DNA of 64,000 nt from Amoebidium appalachense. Taxonomy: Eukaryota > Protista > Ichthyosporea. Positions within the stretch are counted from its first letter, which is position 1. Each line of letters opens with the position of its first letter. Under the pieces are notes generated by a model. It searched no databases. It was given only the letters and a program-made list of their open reading frames with translations, and was not told where the DNA came from. Made by a program: the position numbers and the translations under genes. This document shows, piece by piece, positions 56,301 to 64,000 of the stretch. The stretch lies in NCBI GenBank assembly GCA_963693365.1, contig CAVNZM010000010.1:5643794-5707793 (forward strand). The letters run 5' to 3'.

Positions 56301-57157
56301 CCAGTCTCGTGCCCATGCATTCTTTCCATTACTACCACCATACTCTCCCCACACCTACGTAACTAGCACACAATATGCATACCCAACTCTGAGCACGTGC
56401 ATGATTACCCAACGGGGCAAAACCCCCCCCCCCCGAAAACTATCTGTAATGCCCCGCAAAACGAAATCAGCTAACACATCTCCCTTCGCGTGCCTACAGG
56501 ACAGCACCTTCAACTTCGTCGAAAAGGTTCTCATCGAAGTCAAAAAGATGTACCGTGACGCTGGTGTCCCCCTCACCCACTGGTCCCTGGGCGGTGACGA
56601 AGCCAAAAACGCCATGCGCGTTGCCGTACAGTGGGGTCCCGATAACATCCCCGCAAACGCAAGCGTTTGGTTTATCAACAACGGAATGGGTCCCAACCCT
56701 CTCCCCCGCCTTGCGACCGAGGACCCATACACGAAATCGCCCAAGTGTCAGTCGTTCCTCGCAAATGCAAAGGATAATCTCGTTGTTGATGGGAAACCCG
56801 TTGATTCTCCACAGCAACTCATGGGGTATTTCGCTCAGAGGGTGAGCGAGATTGCAAGCAAGCACGGGGTTAGAGATTTCTCGTCGTGGCAGGACGGGTT
56901 GAAGCACGTGAAGAACGATGACCTGGCCACAGAGACGAACTACTTCATGGATTGGGATGCTTTGTTCTGGGGCTCCAGCCAGGTATGTGTGTGCAAAGCG
57001 CTTGATTATTGGTCTTTTGTGTATTTCGGGTTTGTGGGGTTTGGGGTTTTTTCTTTTTTTTTTTTTTTCTTTATTTTTTTTTATTTTTTTTTTTTTGATG
57101 GGGGAGGGGGGAGGGGGGAGGGGGGGGGGAGGGGGGGGGGGGGGAGGGGGGGGGGGG

Positions 57158-57193
<36 letters not shown>

Positions 57194-57295
57194 TAAGTAG
57201 AGAAGAAAGAACGACAAAGCGAAGAAAAGAACATAGGATGAAACGAAAAAAGGCACAAAAACAGAAAGGGAAAACGGACAAAAAATAAAGGTAAA

Positions 57296-57334
<39 letters not shown>

Positions 57335-57876
57335 GAAAAACGAGCGGGAGAGGGGAGAGGGGGAAGGATTAAGCTATTTGCAATTAGCATAAGTATCCTT
57401 CTTGCAAACACGTTCTCCTTGCAAACAAACCCTGGAAACACCATACAATATACATCTTGCAAAGTCTTAACCCTTACACTTTCTCCAACCCCCCTCCCCC
57501 CCCCTCCCCCCCTTCTCCCCCCCCCCCCCCCTTCTCCCCCCCCCCCCCCCCTTCTCCCCCTCCTCCCCCCCTTCCCCCGCGCAGCCCGACTACATCAAGA
57601 AGGGCTACAAGGCCATCAGCAGCATTGCCGACTTCACCTACTTCGACTTCCCCTACGAGACAAACGCCAACGAGCGTGGGTACTACTGGGCATCCCGGAG
57701 CACCCCCTTACGTAAGGTCTTCAGTTTTGCCCCCGTCAATCTTGCGCAAAACGCGGAGGTCGGGCTGGATCGTAAGGGCAACGCGTTTGAGCTTACCACC
57801 CCGGCTGATATGAATGCGGCGGATATTGAGGATGCCGTGGTGGGCATGCAGGGCCAGGTATGTGTTGTTGTGGGTT

Positions 57877-57943
<67 letters not shown>

Positions 57944-59792
57944 CCTGTTTATTTTTTGTTTGTTTGTTTGTTTGTTTGTTTGTTTTTTCTTTTTTTCGGG
58001 GGGGTTTTTTTTAAGGGGGAGGGGGGGGGGGGGGAGGGGGGGGGGGGGAGTCTGCTGGGGTTAAGGGGAAGAAGGGAAGAAGGGGGGTTTGTAATGGGGA
58101 AGGGGGGAGCAGAGGGGGGAGAAGGGGGGGGGGGGGGGGGGTTGGTAGGTTGGTTACTAGCATTATCTATGGACCCCATAATATCGGACAATAGCTTAAA
58201 CTTAGGAACTTTCTGCTAAGCTACCACAGCCTAGTACCTTTAGTTTCATATTACTAGTAAAACTAGCTGAGCCTATGCACCATGCGAAGGCACATGTGTA
58301 AATCCATTCACTGGCAAACCTATCTAGTAGTGCCGGTTATTTCAAATCATTAGTAAAACTATCTAGAAATGCACCATTCAGCCACGTGCAACCACACCTG
58401 CCACCCCATTTCCTCACTAGTAAACAAGTAAACCTATCTAACAATTCACCATTGCCATCCCATTCAGATCTGGTCCGAGACCATCCGCACGGACGATCAA
58501 ATGGACTACATGGCCTTCCCACGTGTTCTTGCCATCGCCGAGCGTGCCTGGCACCAAGCCTCGTGGGAACTCGCCGTGACCCCCGGCCAGACATACAACT
58601 CATCTACAAATTTCGTTGACAAGGATGCAATCCACGAAGATTTCAACAAGTTTGTGCACGCCGTATCGAAGCGCGAGCTCGCAAAACTCGACAAAACGGG
58701 CGTTAAGTACCGCGTCCCCCCCGCCGGCGCTCAGATTCAGGGAGGGAAGTTGTCTGTGAACTGTGAGCTGCCGGGTCTTCAGGTGGAGGTTAAGGTGGAT
58801 AATGGAAAGTGGGCGGCTGCTGTTGAGGGGATGGTTGTGTCCAAGGCTAAGACCGTCACTGTGCGTGTGCGGTCGGCTGATGGGAAGCGTGTCGGTCGCG
58901 AAGGTTTGTTTTCTCTCTCCCTCCCCTTTCCTCCATCCCGGTGTTTCCATTTCCCCCCCTACCGCCCCTCCCCCCCCCCCCCCCCTCCCCCCGCCTCTTC
59001 CTCCACCCTCTGCTCCCTCCTCTCCCTCCTCTCCCCTCCCCATCACCTCCCCCCTCGGAGTCCCCACCACCACTGCCACCACAATAACAACCCCCCCCCC
59101 TCCCCCCTTTGGATTCTTCCCCCTCCCCCTCCCCCCGCCCCCTCCCCCCTCCCCCCTCCCCCACCACCACCCACCTACCCAACCACCACCACCACCACCA
59201 CCACCACAGACACACACACTCTTGCACGCGAATGTCCATACATTTACACACTATTGCATGCACAACGGCTGTCTCGTTTCACAATATAAATACTTTGGCC
59301 CATGGCCATCTGTTCCCATACCTCCCCCCCCCCCCCCCCCAAAAAAAAAAAAAAAAAAAAAAAAACGAAAAAAAAAAGGGGGGGGGGGGGGGGGGGGGGG
59401 GGGGGAAGAAAAGAAAGAGAGAAAGAAAGAAAACCCTTTCCTCCTCTCTGCCCACCCTCTGATCACACATTGGATGTTAGCACCTTTTTTTTTAATATAA
59501 AAAAAACAAATCCAATATTTCCTCCCTTTTGGTTTGCCTCCTATTAGCCCTCATACCCCCCCCCCCCCCCCCCCCCCCCCCACCACCACCACCACCACCA
59601 CCACCACGTGACCACCACCACCACCTCCCCCCCCCCCCCCCCCTCCCGATCTTCATAAGCAATATTGCACACTTTTTGTCAGTCACACAGCAGCAATGTA
59701 ATACCATTTATGGGCATACTACCTTATATGGTGTATATTAACCGTTTTACCTCCATGCAGAGGTCGTTGAGCCCGAGCCCATCCTGTCCTGA
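53329..59792 (+). CDS. chb: Secreted GH20 beta-N-acetylhexosaminidase of the bacterial chitobiase type (CHB_HEX + GH20b + GH20 + CHB_HEX_C), 6 exons, 889 aa
   Basis: Exons 53329-53607, 54784-55950, 56500-56982, 57585-57857, 58468-58903 and 59761-59792 splice in frame (2670 nt, all GT-AG). Signal peptide MKAAVLAATAALAAA. Motifs LGADW, FHSIRR, GDLYKLTPT, EYWTLF.TDFLPRWY, DGPRFEYR..HVDVARNFH, DDEGWRLEIP.LPELT.VG, PEFDMPGHARA, catalytic GGDEAK, FDFPYE...ERGYYWASR, WSETIRTD..MDYM.FPR..A.AERAW and YRVPP.GA. Confidence 0.95.
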
Positions 59793-60260
59793 GCTCCCAT
59801 CGAATTATCGGGCCACTAAAATTAGCTGGATGTGCTAAATTTAGCTGCCAACAAGACTGCATCAGAGCCTGGGGCCCCGATGACGAAAAATGTAGACACG
59901 TCTGTCACGAAAACTTCGTCTTGATTTTTTTCTTTAAAAAAAACAGTTTAGCTCTCTAGGTAACAACTTAGCGCGAAGCATATCCGTATTCAAATTTTCA
60001 CGAACTATTAATAATCTTTCCTTTTTTTATGTAGCATTCTGCTTTCAAGCTTTCAAGCATCAAATGTTTTCGTAGCTTAAGATGTAGATGTGTTCGTAAT
60101 ATAGGATGCAGATGACTTTGGTAGCCAGGTTTAAAGGTAACCTGGCGGGTTTTAGCCCATTGGCCTGGCACTGAGTGCTGGCTGCCGAAGAGGTAAAAAT
60201 AAACAATCTGAGGCCTCTGTGGGGTTCTCTTCTAGTTATCAATGACATCCTTTCCTTTCC

Positions 60261-60372
<112 letters not shown>

Positions 60373-61106
60373 TTTTTTGCCGCTGCCCTGCCCCTCCCCC
60401 CCCCCCCCCCCCCCCCCCCCTCTCTCTCTCTCTCTCACACACACACAGGCCACCACAGTCACCGGCCACTGCCACCATTTTAATGCAGCTCGGTGTAGAA
60501 CACCATACCGCGATAATTAAACATGTTATGACTCTATTCTATACCTCCCCCCACCCACCCACCAACCCCGTCCCCCCCCCCCCCCCCCCCCCTAGTTCAA
60601 CGATCCTGGTTTCCTTACCAACCAACGCAATTCTGATTCTTTGACAATGTCAATGATTTATCTGCCAGTAATTGTCTTCTCAAACAAACCTACCATCCCA
60701 CAAAACGAGACAGCTAAGCAACTTTATCAGAGGTACTCGTGTTACAGGGCGGGAAGGAGGTTTTTTTTTTTTATTATTGGGGGGGGAGGGGGGGGGGGGG
60801 GGGGGGGGGGGGCATCACCCCCAAGAAAAAGGTGTCTCTACTACACTGCACACTACTAGCATATAAGGCAAATAAACACGTACATTATTGGTGAAAAATA
60901 TTCAAAATGATATATCAGGGTATATAAAACGGTGAGGGCAGGGGGGGGGGGGGGGGGGGGAGGAGCCGGGGAGGGGGGAGACCGAGGGAGGGAGGGGGGA
61001 GTAAGTGGCCGGGGGAGGGGGGGGGGGGGGAGCACAGAGAGAGAGACTTGGGCGGGGGAGGGGGGGGGGGGGGGGGGGGAGCGAGAAGCAGAGAGAGGGA
61101 GAGAAT

Positions 61107-61137
<31 letters not shown>

Positions 61138-61146
61138 GGGGGGGGG

Positions 61147-61213
<67 letters not shown>

Positions 61214-61237
61214 AGAGAGAGAGAGCGATTTTAAATT

Positions 61238-61270
<33 letters not shown>

Positions 61271-61722
61271 AAGGGAGCTGAGAGAGAATCTGAGAGAGAG
61301 GTATAGCTTACCCCCCGGCCCCCTCTGCCCCCCCCCCCCCCCCCTCCCCCCTCCCCCCACCCCTTACCCCCCCGCCCCTGCCCGCCTTTCTCTCTCTCTC
61401 TCTCCCCCCCCCCCCCCCCCCCCCCTCCCCCTCCCCCCCCCCCCCCCCCCCCCCCAACGCCCCCTCACCCCAATTCCCCAACCCCAACCTCCTGTCTGAA
61501 TGGTCGCCCTCCATTCCCCTGCACTCTTAATTGTCCTTAAGCTTAGGGAAATTTCCATTACTGTCGAATGCAATTTCTTCTACTAAATGGATGCTTTAAT
61601 TAATAGCAAGACAGTTTGATCACCGTGGGCCCCCCCTCTTCCACCCTCCCCCTCGCCTCGCCTCCCCCATCCCCTCTTCCCCCCCGGCCCCCCACCCCCC
61701 ACCCCTCCGGATCCTCCCGCCC

Positions 61723-61773
<51 letters not shown>

Positions 61774-61822
61774 CCTCTCCCTCTCCCTCTCTCCCTCTCT
61801 CTCCCTCTCTCCCCCCCTCCCT

Positions 61823-61877
<55 letters not shown>

Positions 61878-61970
61878 TCTCCCTCTCTCCCTCTCTCTCT
61901 CTCTCTCCGCTCAGACTCTCTCTCCCCCCCCCCCTCCTCCCAATCCCCCCCCCCCCACCTCCCCCCCCCC

Positions 61971-62016
<46 letters not shown>

Positions 62017-63400
62017 CCCTCCATGCCATGGATGGCGGCCGTCATACATGGTCACGTCTCGGTGCCCACCCTTTGGAAAATGCCATCGGCATCAGTGTAA
62101 AAAATCTTCAAGGAGCTAATAAGCATACGGTTGTAGGGTGACTCATTGCCAAATGGCACGTTTTGATGCTATCCAAAAAAAAAAAAAAAAAAAAAAAAGA
62201 GCTGGTGGCTCAGTGCATCCATCTCGAGCCGATGCACAGTATGTACTCCAGATCTGTTTTCTTGTTGTTTGCCTGGCCATGTGCCTAGTATGTATGTTCA
62301 GTACAGTAGAGTATGCTGTATCTGGGAGGAACAAGAGGCAGTTAGCAAAAACTACGTATATATATATATATATATATGTTATGCTCTCTCCTGATAGTTT
62401 TTTTTCTTTCTTATTTCTCTGAGCTTATTGTAGTGTTTTTCAAGTTTTTTCTGGTGTTGTGTTTCAGTGTAACGGTACACACACGAGCCAGTGTCAACCA
62501 GTGCCGAGTCGAGCTTCGACTCTGAGTTACTCACTAAAACCATATATGGTTAGAGTTCTAGCCAATCAGGTGGAGTTGCGATATATCTAGAAATCCGTAA
62601 GTTTTGATTGGTGGTCGGGTGGTATACGCGGTAATACGCTGAGATTTTATTGGTCAATAAAAATTTGAGCAATACCCCGCATACGTGGCCAGATGCCCAC
62701 TCAAGATCTTGACAGGGTCGCGGATTATCAGAGAAGGCATTCCTTCTATACATAAAAATATACAACTTACAACAAAACAAGAATAATAAACGATAATATT
62801 TGGTTTTCTGCAACAAGTAAGTACAAAGCTAATTTGTAGTTGTGAGAATTTACGGGGTAGCTCTTGTTTACTTTGGGAATCACAAGTGGTCAAGGTAGCC
62901 CATTTGAATTCTTTTGATACTGCGGCCGGAGCTCCTCTTTGGACACGAACACAAATAAAAAGCAGGCACGCAGCTGCCAGGCACGTTATATGCACGCACA
63001 CGGACACGCAAGCAAACCACAAAACACACAGTTGATTCCTACAAAAAAACGTTATCATTTTGTTCTGCACTTCGCGAGACTTGAAAAGGTGGTTTCATAA
63101 CTGTAACGGGGTTACGCTATGATTGTCGCACACACATGCCTGCCGATTGGGCCGGCTAAGAGGGTAATGCTATCAAACATCACAGTTGGCCATGGCATGA
63201 CGAGGGGTGTATTTCTTACATAAAAGCTTTTCACTGTTTGAGACGATTCACATCTCTTCCCTCATCAGTTAACTTGTACGTCTATTGAATTCCACAATTC
63301 TCCTGCACCTCCATTGCCATCACACAGCTCTGTGTTCCTGTGTGAACAGGTCACACTTCAACAGCCGTCGCGTTTTCAGGGAAGGCATACAAAAATCATA

Positions 63401-63819
63401 ATGCATGCTGCAAGCGCTCACAAGCTCCCATCGGACCTTCCCCCGAGTCTTGCGCGTATATTCCTCCCATGCCCAAGAGATGTTTGTGTGTTGGGGTCAA
63501 GTGAAGACTCAGACAGCAACGATGATACAAACACGCCAGCAAATCTCTCTCTCGACAGCCTCCCCACATCTCCCGTGTGCAAGAGCCCTGCTCTGGCGCG
63601 ACGCACACAGAGTGTGAATGCTATTATTCCACCGCCATCGTGCCTGCGCAGACAGAGCAGCCCCGACAGAACATACACATCAGGAAAGAACATCAAATGG
63701 CACCCATCCACCCTCGAATACGAGAAGCAGAGAATTGCTCCAGTACGCATGCGCATGGAGAGAAGGGCATCGTCCCCTGGCTGCTTTGAAGCGAATGCGC
63801 GCTTTGATGCTCATTACAG
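63401..63819 (+). CDS. Probable first coding exon of a Ser/Pro-rich protein that continues beyond the window (absent from the ORF track because no stop occurs in the window)
   Basis: 139 stop-free codons in unique sequence (MHAASAHKLPSDLPPSLARIFLPCPRD...PPPSCLRRQSSPDRTYTSGKNIKWHPSTLEYEKQRI...RRASSPGCFEANARFDAHY) ending at AG|gtaccc, followed by the typical intronic C/CT tracts. Confidence 0.6.
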
Positions 63820-63910
63820 GTACCCTCCGCCTTCTCTGCTTACGTCATCCCAATGCCCTCTACTCCCAGGCGCTAAGCAATGGCCCCTATCTCTCCCTCC
63901 TTCCCTCCCT

Positions 63911-63996
<86 letters not shown>

Positions 63997-64000
63997 CTCT

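Overview
Intron-rich eukaryotic nuclear DNA. The gene content (animal-type PDZD8 homologue, alpha-arrestin, histone stem-loops, a mitochondrial-type atp9 fragment) suggests a unicellular holozoan such as an ichthyosporean, but that is inference only. Introns are full of poly-G/poly-C, (CA)n/(GT)n and (GA)n tracts, which generate nearly all ORFs in the supplied track. Genes reconstructed by hand across GT-AG introns: a divergent importin-alpha (minus, starts 11309), a small secreted Cys-rich protein (~12.7 kb), a partly damaged histone cluster (5'-truncated H2B, intact H4, frameshifted H2A), an atp9 NUMT, an alpha-arrestin with a PPxY motif, a PDZD8-like TM-SMP-C2-C1-coiled-coil gene with no visible PDZ domain, a six-exon bacterial-type GH20 chitobiase, and the first exon of an unlisted gene at the right edge. 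The most notable signals are: (i) four copies of a histone 3' stem-loop, each followed by a conserved HDE-like element, with one copy orphaned where H3 would be expected; (ii) an importin-alpha that has lost the major NLS-binding site but kept much of the minor site; (iii) an intronised chitobiase, possibly from horizontal transfer. Family assignments come from remembered motifs; no database search was run.
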